Below, one piece after another: positions 1 to 14,929 of a stretch of 64,000 nucleotides of DNA. Both the position numbers and the translations under genes were made by a program. Origin of the DNA: Eledone cirrhosa. Lineage: Eukaryota. The stretch is from assembly GCA_964016885.1 (NCBI GenBank), contig OZ024743.1:73656001-73720000 (forward strand). The letters run 5' to 3'. The notes under the pieces are model-generated. The model was not told where the DNA came from. It made no database searches and saw only the letters and a list, made by a program, of their open reading frames with translations. Position 1 is the stretch's first letter. Each line of letters starts with the position of its first letter.

Positions 1-641
1 ATTGGGCTAATTTAACTGTCATTAACTTACCATTATGAGGGGTAATGTGAGCAGTGTCTTTCCTTGTTCTGCAGCATATGATGACCACAAATGATCAGTG
101 TTCTACAATCTTTATATGATAAATTAAACTAAACTAGTTCTTTGTATTTTTCAACAATCCCCAACTAACGAATGATTGTCATTCTTAAAACTTTTTCAAT
201 ATTATAATTATCGTTGCATTCTTCTAAAAATATCAAACATCCCAAATCGTGATTCTGTCTTCACATTTCGAAGATAGACAGAGATATGTTCCTCTCGGGG
301 TAATCAGATTTATTTGTATGTATATATGTATGTATATAATTATTTATTTATATTTATATATTTACTTATTTATTTATTTATTTATTCGTATGTATATTTG
401 TATGTATATATTTATTTGTATGTATACATGTTTATTTATGTGTACTGGAGATGGGTCACTCTTTAAACGAAAGAACGAAGTCGAGGACACAATAGGAATA
501 TTTAACAAAATGAAATAATTTCATGAAAATTTATAGATTTATTTACCAAAATAGAAAAAATCAATCTCATGGAGTGTGGAAAATTCTACAGGTTCTGCTA
601 TAACCATTAAATTTAATGTATGTAAAAAGTAAACCGAAATA

Positions 642-1319
642 ACAAAGCAAACGACACAGTACATTGAAGAAATATTAGTTTAACGCTTGAAATAACGGGA
701 AAAGTCTTAACATTCCTTCATCAGAATATAGAATGAGAAATAAAAGATAAAATAGAAAGATGAAGAATGAGAAAAGAAAGGAACGGAAAAAAGGGGGAAA
801 CATATGTGTGAGTATTCAATCAGTCATTTTGGACCCAGATATTCTGGGCCCGATAGCATCAGAATATTACTAGAGATATTCTGGGCTCGATAGCATTATT
901 AGTGCCTTATAATAGCTAGGGTTTAATTACAGGTACAATTCATTTTTACAAACGGAATGAACTGGAACTATGTGAAATACATTAAATTGATCTTGCTACG
1001 CGCCTTCACAGCTTAATTTGGGGAAACCAGTAAAAGAATATGGAATGAGTAAGGGACTAAATTGGATTTGTAATAAAATATAGATATGTATGTATTACGG
1101 AAGGGAAACATATTAAATTTGGAACAGAGGGTCCAAAATGGCATATGTTTCCCCCTTTTTCCGTTCCTTCCTTTTCTCATTCTTCATCTTTCTATTTTAT
1201 CTTTTATTTCTCATTCTATATTCTGATGAAAGACTAATGTCCAAAATGTTAAGACTTTTCCCGTCATTTCAAGCGTTAAACTAATATATTTCTTCAATGT
1301 ACTGTGTCGTTTGCTTTGT
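642..1319. repeat. Long inverted repeat of PLE-terminus-like family A
   Basis: Arms ~642-836 and ~1129-1319 are reverse complements, each with a degenerate CTGATGA hammerhead remnant. Confidence 0.85.
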
Positions 1320-1463
1320 GTGTATGTGTATATATATATATTGGAAAATGTGAGAAATCCTTGGTTCAGTTAAGTATATTTAAATAAAGGAATAGAATGA
1401 CTTCACATGTAAGTTCTAAACAATTTAATTTTATCATATTACAATTTTGCTTATATATATATA

Positions 1464-1720
1464 TATTAAAATAACAGATTAAGTTTTAAGCAAAGAATCG
1501 CTGCTTTCACCCTTAACGGGGGATCCCGTTAAGGGTGGAAGCAGCGATTCTTTGCTTAAACATTAATCTGTTATTTTAATAAATATTTGCTCTAAGGTTC
1601 TTATATATTTGATATATACTTATCCTTATCGAGCCCTCTTTGGATTTTAGTCTTCTAAAATCCAAAGGGTGAAAGCAGCTATTCTTTGCTTAAACTTTAA
1701 TCTGTTATTTTAATAAATAT
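1464..1720. mobile_element. Family C short element, fold-back arrangement
   Basis: Palindrome 1464-1581 centred on cccttaacgg/cccgttaaggg, then tail and partial re-copy. Same family at ~2034-2105, 6330-6480, 6985-7168, 7551-7635, 37480-37695 and 45325-45480. Confidence 0.8.
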
Positions 1721-1721
1721 G

Positions 1722-1805
<84 letters not shown>

Positions 1806-1832
1806 TACATATACATATATATATACATATAT

Positions 1833-1899
<67 letters not shown>

Positions 1900-1930
1900 T
1901 GAGATTCTACAGGACTAGAACTTTTTCATT

Positions 1931-1996
<66 letters not shown>

Positions 1997-2183
1997 ATAA
2001 GAATAAATTTGAATAAATTTGAATAAATTTGTTAGTTTCAGAAGATCCCGTTAAGGGTGAAAGCAGCGATTCTTTGCTTAAACTTTAATCTGTTATTTTA
2101 ATAAATATATATATATATATATAGCTGAGATTCTACAGGACTAGAACTGTTTCATTCTTTATATATATATATATTACATATAC

Positions 2184-2325
<142 letters not shown>

Positions 2326-2472
2326 GTGTGTGTGTAGATAAATCTACCAAAATAAATGGTAGTGTCCAATCCGTATGAAGAACTCAATGTAATCCAAATA
2401 TAGAAGATATCATGAAAAGAGAAAATACATTCAAAATTTAACGATAAAAATCACAGGAAAACAGAGTCAAGA

Positions 2473-2833
2473 TAAATTAATAAAAACAATGAAATAAAAA
2501 CCAAAGAACAGGTTCCTTATATTGAAAAAATCATCATTTTAGGATCGTTTCTGGGATATATATGTGTGTGATGGTATGTATATCATATTAAAGATCTATG
2601 TAAAAAAATATTACAAATTATCAGAAGAGATATACATACCTTCACTTATATATACCATATATAAGTGAAGGTATGTATATCTCTTCTGATAATTTGTAAT
2701 ATTTTTTTACATAGATCTTTAATATGATATACATACCATCACACACATATATATCCCAGAAACGATCCTAAAATGATGATTTTTTTCAATATAAGGAACC
2801 TGTTCTTTGGTTTTTATTTCATTGTTTTTATTA

Positions 2834-2838
<5 letters not shown>
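2473..2838. repeat. Near-perfect ~180-bp-arm palindrome
   Basis: 2473-2652 is the reverse complement of 2658-2838, centred on atataccatat; right arm ends in (TA)n. Confidence 0.92.
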
Positions 2839-2898
<60 letters not shown>

Positions 2899-3044
2899 CA
2901 CATACACATGTTAGAGAAAAAGTGAGAGAAATGATTGGTATCTAAACCACATGTGAGGTCTAAATCTCCATCGGAACACACACATACATGCATATATGTC
3001 AGTGTACATATATATATATATGTGTGTATATGTGTGTATAAATG

Positions 3045-3098
<54 letters not shown>

Positions 3099-3432
3099 CA
3101 CCCATTGTCCATACAGTATTGTTCTTTAAAGAAAGATCACGGACTTTCTTATGTCGATTTCGTTGAAATCCTACTTGAATAATTAAGAAGATAATCCTAT
3201 TCTTCGAAATACATGCCTGAATAAGTATATAAACATGTGCTCTGTCCGTAAATCCACGTATAATATATTCTATTTATCCCTTCTATTGTACAGAAGCGAA
3301 AACAGAAAAAGAAATTCACCTGTCTCAGTGTTTATGTATGTAAGTGTGTATATATATACACATATAGATATACAAACAAATATACATATATATATATATA
3401 TATATATATTTGTTTGTATATGTATATATGTG

Positions 3433-3487
<55 letters not shown>

Positions 3488-3526
3488 ATGTATAAAGGCA
3501 AATGATTGGGATCCTTGGTACTAGTT

Positions 3527-3848
3527 ATATTTGAAAAAAAAATGAATTCACGTGTTGTTAGTATTCTATAACAATAGATCTAACAAGTCCTTTGTTAACT
3601 TCACTGGAAAGTATCTTTTGTAGTTTAACTCCTTTTTTTTAAATTGTCAAATTGACGAACCCAAAATGTGAGAAACTTCTCCAGAAAGTTAACCAGGATT
3701 TTTTAAAAAATTTCCACCGAAGTTAACAAGGGACTTGTTAGATCTACATAGAAATATTATAAAACTATAAAATTGTAAAATTATATAATTAAATTGTTAT
3801 AGAATACCAACTTCAAGTGATGTCATTCTTTTCCTGTTTTCAAATATA
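3527..3848. repeat. Nested inverted repeats (possible MITE inside an older inverted pair)
   Basis: Inner arms tagatctaacaagtcc(t/c)ttgttaacttc at 3575-3602 and 3719-3746; diverged outer arms at ~3527-3575 and ~3793-3848. Confidence 0.6.
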
Positions 3849-3851
3849 TAT

Positions 3852-4205
3852 ACAATAAATGTAAACTGAGTTTTTCGAATATTAATAATGAATTCAGTTA
3901 TTGGCCACGAGTGCCGATATACTAATAATAATATTCGATTCGTTTGCAATTATGCAAACAGCCTCTTTTTTAAAGTCATGTCAGTAGAATGAGCTCATCG
4001 TTCTTGTTCTTGTGTTGGAATGTAAATAGAACTGCAGACACTAATGTTTCTGGGTCTTACCCTTCATCAGTGCAGTTCACCGTTCACCTGCCAACTTAAA
4101 TTAAGTTCACCTGCATAATTGCAAACGAATCGAATATTATTATTAATATTCGAAAAACTCAGATTACATTTATTGTTTTCAGCCATGTAGAGCGATATTT
4201 TATTT

Positions 4206-4210
<5 letters not shown>
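3852..4210. mobile_element. Family B short element with inverted partial copy
   Basis: 3852-3955 mirrors 4112-4176; contains HHR 4029-4078. A homologous inverted pair lies at 61820-62240. Confidence 0.8.
4029..4078 (-). ncRNA. Type I hammerhead ribozyme (family B)
   Basis: GAACUGCA CUGAUGA A-GGGU-AAG-ACCC-A GAAA CA-UUAG-UG UC UGCAGUUC; 8-bp stem I, GUC triplet. Confidence 0.8.
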
Positions 4211-4242
<32 letters not shown>

Positions 4243-4542
4243 CTGTGCAGTCTATAATGATGGGTATAGTGTTGAACGTATATGATTTTTGGAGTTCAGG
4301 ATTGGTATGCCATGTATACCAGTATTGCTCTTTACAGAAACCTTATAATTTATGTCTGTAACATGGAATTCATTTTAATACTTTGTTTCTCTGATACTAG
4401 TACATACGTGTCTAGCATCTAAGTATTCATGAAATAGAATTAAATGAAGGAGTAACTTATATATATGTGTGAAGAAATAAAACAAACACAAGGATTCAAA
4501 AACACGAAGTCATATTAGGATCAAGCATATATATATATATAT

Positions 4543-4587
<45 letters not shown>

Positions 4588-4679
4588 TGTGTGTGTGTGT
4601 ATTATTGTATGCATACATTTGCATAAGTATATGTTTGTGCGTGTGTATGCTAAACAGTTCCATCTCTGCCAAAATCTCA

Positions 4680-5276
4680 AGGTAGGTTCTAACACCAATA
4701 TAATTTATCATCATATTAAATAGAAGTGCACTTGTAAACCTAAATGCACAAAATGACCGATGAGTATCCAAACTTTAGAAGTGGTCACACTCCAGAATGA
4801 GCTAAACAGTATTTATCGATTGGCAAATGGAAATAATGAGATTCAAGACATCAAAGTTTCAGGTTCTTCATTACGGGAGGGGCTATAAGCAATATACATT
4901 ATTTGACCCCAGATAACACAATCAAGAGCGCTAATGACTTACGGGACCTAGGAATACTTATGTCAAATGATATATTTTTCATCAGATACATCACTAAACT
5001 AACCTCTAAATGCAGACCCCTCATAAGATGGGTCCTACGAACCTTCATAACCAGAGAACCAGTCATTATGCCAACTGTATGTAAAAGTTTAGCTCAGAAT
5101 AGATTAGATTACTAGTCATAGCTTTGGTTTCCCAACACAGCTGGTCTTATAGAATAAAACTGAAGGGTTGCAGAGAAGGTTCTCTAGTAAGATAATTTCG
5201 GTCAAAGTCTTTAATTACTGGGAAAGTCTTAAAGCTCTGCGTCTCTACTCACCTCAACGATGATAATATATATATA

Positions 5277-5363
<87 letters not shown>

Positions 5364-5660
5364 GGAAGATCCGGGAGGGCCATGTTCCAAACTTTGGCAT
5401 TAAAGAGAATTTTAATGTGTGAGCTAGCAGATACTTCAGATTACAATATACCACTTTTACCATCCTAGGGACGAACACTCTATGGAAACAGTTTGATATT
5501 CAGAGACTCTATAATATAAAAGACACTTCTATTGAAACAATCAAGCAAATATTAGATGTAATTCTCAGATACCGTACCAGCCAAATATTGAGGGCTACGC
5601 AGAAGGAAGATGAGCTTCTAGAACTCAACAACAGAGAAACTCGCAGCGATCATAAAAATA
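4680..5660 (+). mobile_element. Degenerate CR1/Jockey-group LINE 3' fragment, split by (TA)n
   Basis: Remnant motifs RDLGILMS, WVLRTF, RLDY, LQRRF, LNYWE.LKALRLYS with stops and frameshifts. Confidence 0.7.
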
Positions 5661-5760
5661 AAAATTAAGACAAAGTTAATGCAGAGGTACATCATGATAG
5701 GTGTCTAAGGTTAAAAACTGATTGGAAAATAAAGGAAAAGAAAGACAGCATATGTGTGTG

Positions 5761-5811
<51 letters not shown>

Positions 5812-5820
5812 GTATATATG

Positions 5821-5886
<66 letters not shown>

Positions 5887-5888
5887 TA

Positions 5889-5992
<104 letters not shown>

Positions 5993-6073
5993 TATAATTA
6001 TAGTTTCCATTTATTAATATATTGAATATTTACTCCAGTAATTTGTTGAGTGTTTTATATATATATATATATG

Positions 6074-6159
<86 letters not shown>

Positions 6160-6496
6160 TAAATATAGTTCCATTTATTAATATATTGAATATTCACTCA
6201 GTAATTTGTTGAGTGTTTTATATCAGTTATAAAACTTTTAACCTTGTTGAATCCCAACAAATTATATATGCATACATATATATATATTTATATATATATA
6301 TGCATATATATATATGCATATATATATATATTATTAATACAGATGAAGGTTTACGCAAACGACTGTTGCTTTCACACTATTGCGCGTTCTTCTGAAACTG
6401 AGTTCCAGGTCCCGTAGTAAAGTGATAACAGAAATTCTTTGCTTAAACAATCTGTACTAATAATAAATGTTTGCTCTACGAGTTTATGCATATGTT

Positions 6497-6571
<75 letters not shown>

Positions 6572-6573
6572 TC

Positions 6574-6924
<351 letters not shown>

Positions 6925-6944
6925 TATACACCATCTTTTGATTT

Positions 6945-6980
<36 letters not shown>

Positions 6981-7550
6981 GTAATAATAATAAATGTGTG
7001 AGACTAAAATCCGAAGGGGGCTCGATAAGGATAATATATATATAAATATATATAAAAACCGTAGAGCAAATATTTATTAAAATAACAGATTAGAGTTTAT
7101 GCAAAGAATCGCTGCTTTCACCCTTAACGTGATCTTCAGAAAATACCGTCAAAAGTGAAAGCAGCGATTTATATATATATATATATATATAAACTGATGT
7201 TGTCTGTGTGTGTGTGTCCTCATTTTTGAAAAGTCTATACAAATCCACATTTCTACTCCGATTGACTTCAAACTTGCATTTATATATTACTTGCGGTCTA
7301 AAGATATTAACTGCAGCTTCTTTTATTTTTCAATTTTCTGTTGTTAAGCGCCGGTTATCCATCTCCGTCGCGCTCTTATAATATCTGTCTGTATGCCTGG
7401 CTGTCTACATTACCACATTCTGACGAACATTCATGACAAATTATGTTCGCTATTTTCCGTTCATTGCCAGGGAACGTTTTCACGAACCAAAGTATCGTTT
7501 CCTGTTTTCCTTCGGTTGCAATGTTTTTCGAAATATTTACTTCTGCGTTC

Positions 7551-7626
7551 ACAGATTGATGTTTTTAGTTTCAGAAGATCCCGTTAAGGGTGAAAGCAAC
7601 GATTCTTTGCTTAAACTTTAATCTGT
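7551..7626 (+). ncRNA. Hammerhead-like motif with CAGAAGA core (family C)
   Basis: ACAGAUUGA-UGUUUUU-AGUUU CAGAAGA U-CCC-GUUAA-GGG-U GAAA GCA-(9 nt)-UGC UU AAACU-UUAAUCUGU. All three stems form; core U4 is A. Further copies at 2034-2084 (+) and 37581-37631 (-). Confidence 0.6.
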
Positions 7627-7634
7627 TATTTTAA

Positions 7635-7671
7635 TCTATATATAAAACTAAGGAAGGATGGATGTATGTGT

Positions 7672-7757
<86 letters not shown>

Positions 7758-8010
7758 CCGAGAAGTACCCAACCGAACTTTTGCAAATTTTACATGTGTA
7801 TTACTTATATTTCAGGGAGTGTTATGCACATAAAAAAATTCAACCTTTTTATCCCCTAGCCCGCATTAGGTGAAGAACTGCGTATTTTCCATCTTTTTAG
7901 GGGTTATTTCCTTGAAATTGTAACTATGTATTAGTCAGTCTCTACTTCATACTGTGAGCAAAGAAAAACCAACTTTTTTATGGCCAAGGGCCCGCATTAG
8001 GTGAAAAACT
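7635..8010 (+). mobile_element. Putative non-autonomous Helitron-like element (5' part)
   Basis: Starts TCTATATATAAAA, then (GT)n, then an aaccgaacttttgcaaatttt block, as in microsatellite-bearing Helitron derivatives. Internal repeat gcccgcattaggtgaa occurs twice. A similar start lies at ~7185-7320. Confidence 0.45.
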
Positions 8011-8137
8011 TCATTTATATATTAGCATTTAAGTGTACATATGTATGCTATATATTTATATATATATACTACATATATAGTATATATTTGATAATATAAA
8101 TGTAAATCATAGATACAGAGATACATACATATATATG

Positions 8138-8224
<87 letters not shown>

Positions 8225-8349
8225 TATATATATATAAAGTATTCTAGCTCTGTATTAAATTTGTTACTTAACATTGAGTTACACTCATACTTGTAATTGG
8301 ATAATATTTAATATTTAATATTACCCATATTTTATATATACGTATAACT

Positions 8350-8383
<34 letters not shown>

Positions 8384-8714
8384 AATGTTTATATAGTGTA
8401 TTTGGTAATACACTGTATGCTTAATTAAAAGCATTTTGAAAACCTTACGCTATTGTTTTAAAGTAGTGACTATATCACTTACTTATTTTTTCAACAAACA
8501 AAGGGAGATAAGCTGACAGATCTCTGTTTCATACTGTTGGTATTCCTCAGAGCTTAGCACTCCCCTTGTTTGTTGAAAATTATGATTGTTGGATTCTTAT
8601 AGAATTCCAGTAATAATCAGGAACTGATTATACAGAGCGGTTGCCGGTCCAGCAAAAATTGAAAATTAGAATTGGTGCTCTGAAATAGTGATGTATATAT
8701 GAATGTATATATAG

Positions 8715-9325
8715 TGTCAGGTCACCAATTGGTGCTACTGGTAACATGTATCCCTGTACAACCTGTCCCATGGTCGGGTCGTTGGCGACTAAACTGGCAA
8801 CCCCATCAAGGTTTCTTGGTGAGGAGGGAGACTTTGGACATCCTGCAGGACTAAAAACAAAACCTGTCCAAGGGCAAAGGAGCTCTTAAGAGTCAATGGC
8901 CATCCAAAATCACCGGGAGAGATGACCCTTTAGCCTTTGTCAAGGCAGAATTCTAAGAGATGGAAAACTCTGATATAACATCTGCAACCCTGATGGTATC
9001 CAACGATGTTGACTTGTTTTTCTTTTTGATAAATATCATCTTGGTTAAGAGAGTGGGACTGGCTTTGTGCAGTGCCTTTGCTCACTATAAAAGCTTCACG
9101 GCACAGGCATTGCTTTATATCTGGATATCTCTCTGCACTTGTTGTCACATGGTACCATGGGCCCAGTACTATGTGGCAATAATTGTCACAAGTGTAGTGT
9201 TTGTACCAGAGTTTTCAAGTCGCTGGCTGGACTAAAAAGTCAACACTCGTTCAGCCCATCGGTAGGGGTTCTCCTACATGGATATAAAGTAGTGGCCGTA
9301 CTCGAAAACGAGTTGGCAGCCACCA
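8715..9325 (+). mobile_element. Internally deleted RTE-type LINE remnant
   Basis: UTR-like ggcgactaaactggcaacccc segment and a C-terminal C2H2-like CSVCTRVFKSLAGLKS motif typical of some RTEs. Confidence 0.5.
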
Positions 9326-10915
9326 TATATAGTGTATTTGGTAATACACTGTATGCTTAATTAAAAGCATATTATGATTAATTAAAGCAACTTGCGTATG
9401 GAAGAAATTTTTTATATAATTAACTGTCAAAACTCTATTAATCTTAAAACAGAATTATTTTCTTGTTGCAGACATCGCCAAAATTCCACGTTCGGAAGTA
9501 TTTTTAATTTATAATATTCCTATGCACCTTCAAAATGATCCTATTTTTTTTTTTTTATTTAAATATACATTTTTTAATATTTCTAATTTTTAAAATATTT
9601 CTAATATTTTACCTTTTGACATTAATTTTTTTATTTTTTTTAATATATATCTTTAATGCTGACATTATTTTCCTTATGATACCCCTCTAAATATATTTTT
9701 TTAGATGTAGATTGATAATCTTTAATTGACATTCTGAACATTTATCCTCTTTACGATAGTTCTTCGAAATGCACATTACGTTTTTCCTCTCCTTTTGATA
9801 TTCAAACTTTCACATATCTTTGACTAAAATAATTAATCTCACACAAAATAATATATAATTTTCTCTATATTTTCTAATTAAATCATTCATCAAATTTAAC
9901 GGTAAACAAACAAGATTGGAGTTATCTTTCCCTTTTCAATCATGCAAACATAAACGTAATATATGTACGATAAAGTATATAACTTCGCTAAATTAACAAT
10001 ATTCTGAAAACATTGTCAATGTTGGAACAAAATATTCGAATCTACAAATTGTTCTCCTCTCACAACTTGAAAAACCTATTTTTTTATGTAAAATACAAAA
10101 TCAACTCCCTTCGTAACTCATATTAGAAATATAAACAACTAATGATTGTAAATTATTTCTATTTCTATAACAATTATTAATCTATATAGATATGTATATA
10201 CATATAACCTATTGTAATGTAATAAGATAAAAATACCTACAACCATAAATTTTCATATAATCTAATTGATTATATATACAATATTATAACTCATAATATA
10301 GCTAAATAAATTTAAATTCTGGAATCATATTCCACGATTCGTATATACAATTAACGTATATTCAAGCCTTTCTTCCTTTTTCTTCTTTCCTACGCATACA
10401 TACACATATCCCAATTATTTAAATTCTCCATAACGTCTAAAATAATGTTTTTTTCAAGCCCTATACCTCAATCTTATTTGCATGCTCAACTTAATAATTT
10501 GAAATATCTGACTTTTCTTCTCTTATCCCTTCACTAACCAAGGAAAACTTGAACCGTTAAGGTATTTTTGTTGGTTATTTCAAAATTTATAAAACGAAGT
10601 TTGTATTTTATCTGATGAAAGCGTACCAAAGTTTTGGTACCCTTCAAATATATATAATAGAATAAATAGGGTTTTATAAATATAGTTTCAATTTATTTAA
10701 TATCATTGTGTATATATATATATATACGTGTGTTTATATATGTTTACATACATATATACATACATACATAAATATATACAGTCATGAGTATATGTTAGAT
10801 AATATATTGTGTATAAATATATCAAAATATATCTCATATACGTATATGAATATAAAAATAATATACATATACATATAATGTATATGATATATATATATAT
10901 GTGTGTATCTGTTTG

Positions 10916-11007
<92 letters not shown>

Positions 11008-11147
11008 AATATATATATATATAATTGTTTCTACTTTTGGCACAAGGCCAGCAATTACCTAGTACATTACTGGTACTTTATGTTATCGACTCCGTAAGGA
11101 TGAAAGGAAAAATTAACCTAATATTGCACATATATATGTGATATATA

Positions 11148-11205
<58 letters not shown>

Positions 11206-11377
11206 GTATACATATGTATAAATTCAAAATAATACTTAAATATTTATATTTCATATATAGTTATGCATATCTATATTTTTGTTTGTATTTATAATATATA
11301 TGTATTCATGTATACATATATGTATATACATTCAATACTTATATGTATACACACATATATATAGTACTCATGCATAC

Positions 11378-11416
<39 letters not shown>

Positions 11417-12366
11417 CAAAAAAAAAAAATGGCGTAGACATACAACACAACAGGAGGAACAATGAATATAACACCACTGACGATGTTGCAGATGTGCAAC
11501 GAAAGATTTATGTAAACTATATATATATGTGTTTGTCTATATTGTATCTGTATTATTTTTGACCGCCGGTCAGTCAATGGCAACATTGAGGACCGAGTAA
11601 GTTAGATCGCAGATACATATATATAAAAGACAGCGAGAAGCGAAAACCAACCAAACAGTGAGTGTGTTCTGTTATTAATTCTGGCAATATTACGCAAATA
11701 TGACCCTCCCCAAATATAACAATATCTGTTTCGACACACGATTTCATATAAAAAACCTCGCAAAACTAATTCATCGCCGCTATATATATATATATATATA
11801 ATATGCATGTATACACATACAACACACACACATTTACAATTTGGTTTAGAATTTTAACCCTAATATATTTGTTTTGCAAGATTCGTGATGTGAAATTGTA
11901 TGTTGAAACCGATATTTTTATATTTGGAGATGGTTATATATATATATTTAATGTAGTCTGTATTATGCTTTACATCTCAATAAAAATGTCTCTTTGCATT
12001 TCACTTGAGTTCCTCTAGCTTTAGGTTGCTTTAGCCGCAGATAGCCGCAGATGTGAGCCTCGCGAGTTGGAATGGCTCTTCCAGCGCGTCTCCATTCTAT
12101 ACGCCGGGGGCTGTGGGAAAGCCATCAATATGATTGACTGACTTGTCATTTTATCATGTACTTTTTATATATCTATATCTGTCCAACACCATACGATGAA
12201 ATCCAGTAAACCATAATGTATTTCATTTAATAATAAATCTGTTTATATAGTTCTCTAAAAAAAAAAAAAAAAAGGAATCTACCCTTGGGGTGAGATGCGT
12301 AAAAAATGTCTATATACATATACACACACATATATATGTGTGTGTGTGTATATATGTGTGTGTATG

Positions 12367-12401
<35 letters not shown>

Positions 12402-12708
12402 AAATACAGGGTGGGCCAAAATCACTTCTTACCTATTTTTATTAATAAAACATTACAAATTAACTCAACACTAATTATTTTCTTGAAGGGTGTATTTTTC
12501 CAAAATTGGATCTTGTTTTATCTAAGTTTAATCTGAAATAAAAACTGTATAATATTTTAATAATAACAACTATGCATTATTTTAATAGGAAGTGGTCTGT
12601 TTATACATATAAATATATATATATTTAATATAGAAATGTCTTCTACAGGACTAGAAGTGTTTCATTTTAAGGAAATCATCGGGAAAGCCCTATTGAACCC
12701 GGGATACA

Positions 12709-12800
<92 letters not shown>

Positions 12801-13577
12801 AATATATAAATATATATAATCCCATACATTATAAAATAAATAGGATATGTTCGAGTCTCAATATGTAAACTAAACAACTAATTCAGTTGTTTTTTTTAAA
12901 TCAATGGAGACAACTTAGAATAAACCGATTTTCCAACCCTCCCCCGCTTATTCCCTCCCCCTACTATTTGAACATGTGAGAACATATTACTGGTCACACC
13001 AGTTATCTCTGTTCAGACAAAGTCATCTAAATATCTTCTGTTTCTTCCAGCTTGTTTTGTTGTATCTCCTCTTGCTTTCTCCCGTTATTTCGAAAGTTCT
13101 GTTGCTTTCTTAATTAAACAAGCTATAAACCTATTTCTGTGAAATTCACCAAATGCTGGTACTTTGCATATTACGGGTAAATGAGATCACTATTTAGAAC
13201 GCAGGGTATTTGAGCTAAATAAAATTAGTTGACACAGACTATGGCTTGTTTCGTCTAGATGAAGGTTTATATACAACGCAAGTGAATATAATAAAATTAT
13301 TCACCATCTTGCCAACAACAACACTGAGTACCTTTGTTGGCATGCCAACAAAGTCAGAAAACAGCACAACCCCCATGACTTTCGGAAACAAATTTGTAGT
13401 GCACCTGAGCACTGTACACAATAATTTCATTATTATTATTTAATAACACATTCACGAGAAATACGAGATTCAATCACTCACAAGCGCCTCTTTCCATATT
13501 TCTCCATCTCCATGGATATTTTACCGGTTTTCCCCAACTATTATTTGTAGTGATCGAGTATTATTATGTTTACTTGC

Positions 13578-13764
13578 GGTGGCAGTATCGGTAGATGGTC
13601 GGACGCCATGCTTTGACGCATAGAGTTACGGCCCTTACAATTCTGACTTCAAATCCAACCGAGGTTAACTTTGCCTTTCATCCTTACGGGGTTGATAAAA
13701 TAAAGTACCAATAATGCACTGGAATAAATGCTGGCCTTGTGCCAAAAGTAGAAACAATTATTAT
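13578..13764 (+). mobile_element. tRNA-derived Nin/Deu-domain SINE with target-site duplication
   Basis: A-box-like tggcagtatcggtaga, B-box-like ttcaaatcc, central ctttgcctttcatccttacggggtygataaaataaagtacca, tail ctggccttgtgccaaaagtagaaacaatt. The 17-bp repeat ttattatgtttacttgc occurs at 13561 and 13758. Confidence 0.9.
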
Positions 13765-14208
13765 GTTTACTTGCATCGGGACGCACAAATTTCATATTTA
13801 ATCTATGTTTCATTCCTAGACATACGATTCTGTCTGCTTACTTAACATACAATTGCACACTCATACACATAGATATATACAAACACGCAAACACATAAGA
13901 GCTATAAAATGTATGTGCGATTTTGTATATGTGTTAATGTATGTGTGGGGGGAAGGTGTATGGTATGCCATTTTCATATATAAAATTGGGTACAAAAGAA
14001 ATTATGTTCCTATAACTTTCCATTCATAATTCGTGTCTCTAAATCACATTCATTCTTTCTCGTAAACAATATTTATAATCACACGCGTTTTAAGGCTATC
14101 TGATCTTTCATTGGCTAATGTAATGAAAGCTTCACTAAGTAGGCGTGGTTAGAAAATCGTTCATAGCTTGTTTCATTTTCTTTTACCAACAATATCGATT
14201 TTTTTCTG

Positions 14209-14285
<77 letters not shown>

Positions 14286-14446
14286 GCACAGTGTGCGTAA
14301 GTAATGATTTAATGAAACAAAATCGATATTATTTTAGTCTGTAATTAGCTGTCGGAACGGCAAGCGGTCAGACGTTGTACCCCGAGACTTTCTAATATAG
14401 TCACACTCTACTACACCTAGTATCGAGTACTCTGTTGAATAACGGT

Positions 14447-14522
<76 letters not shown>

Positions 14523-14696
14523 GAATTGTTGCTCTGAAACAGCGATATATATATAGATAGATAGATAGATAGATATATGTATATATCGCTGTTTCAGAGC
14601 AACAATTCTAATGTTACATATGTATATATTTTACATTATATATATATATACACATATATGTATATATATGTATATATATTACACTATATATATATA

Positions 14697-14740
<44 letters not shown>

Positions 14741-14747
14741 TATATTA

Positions 14748-14832
<85 letters not shown>

Positions 14833-14850
14833 CACGTATATATATTACAC

Positions 14851-14900
<50 letters not shown>

Positions 14901-14929
14901 TATATATTACACTATATATATATATATTG

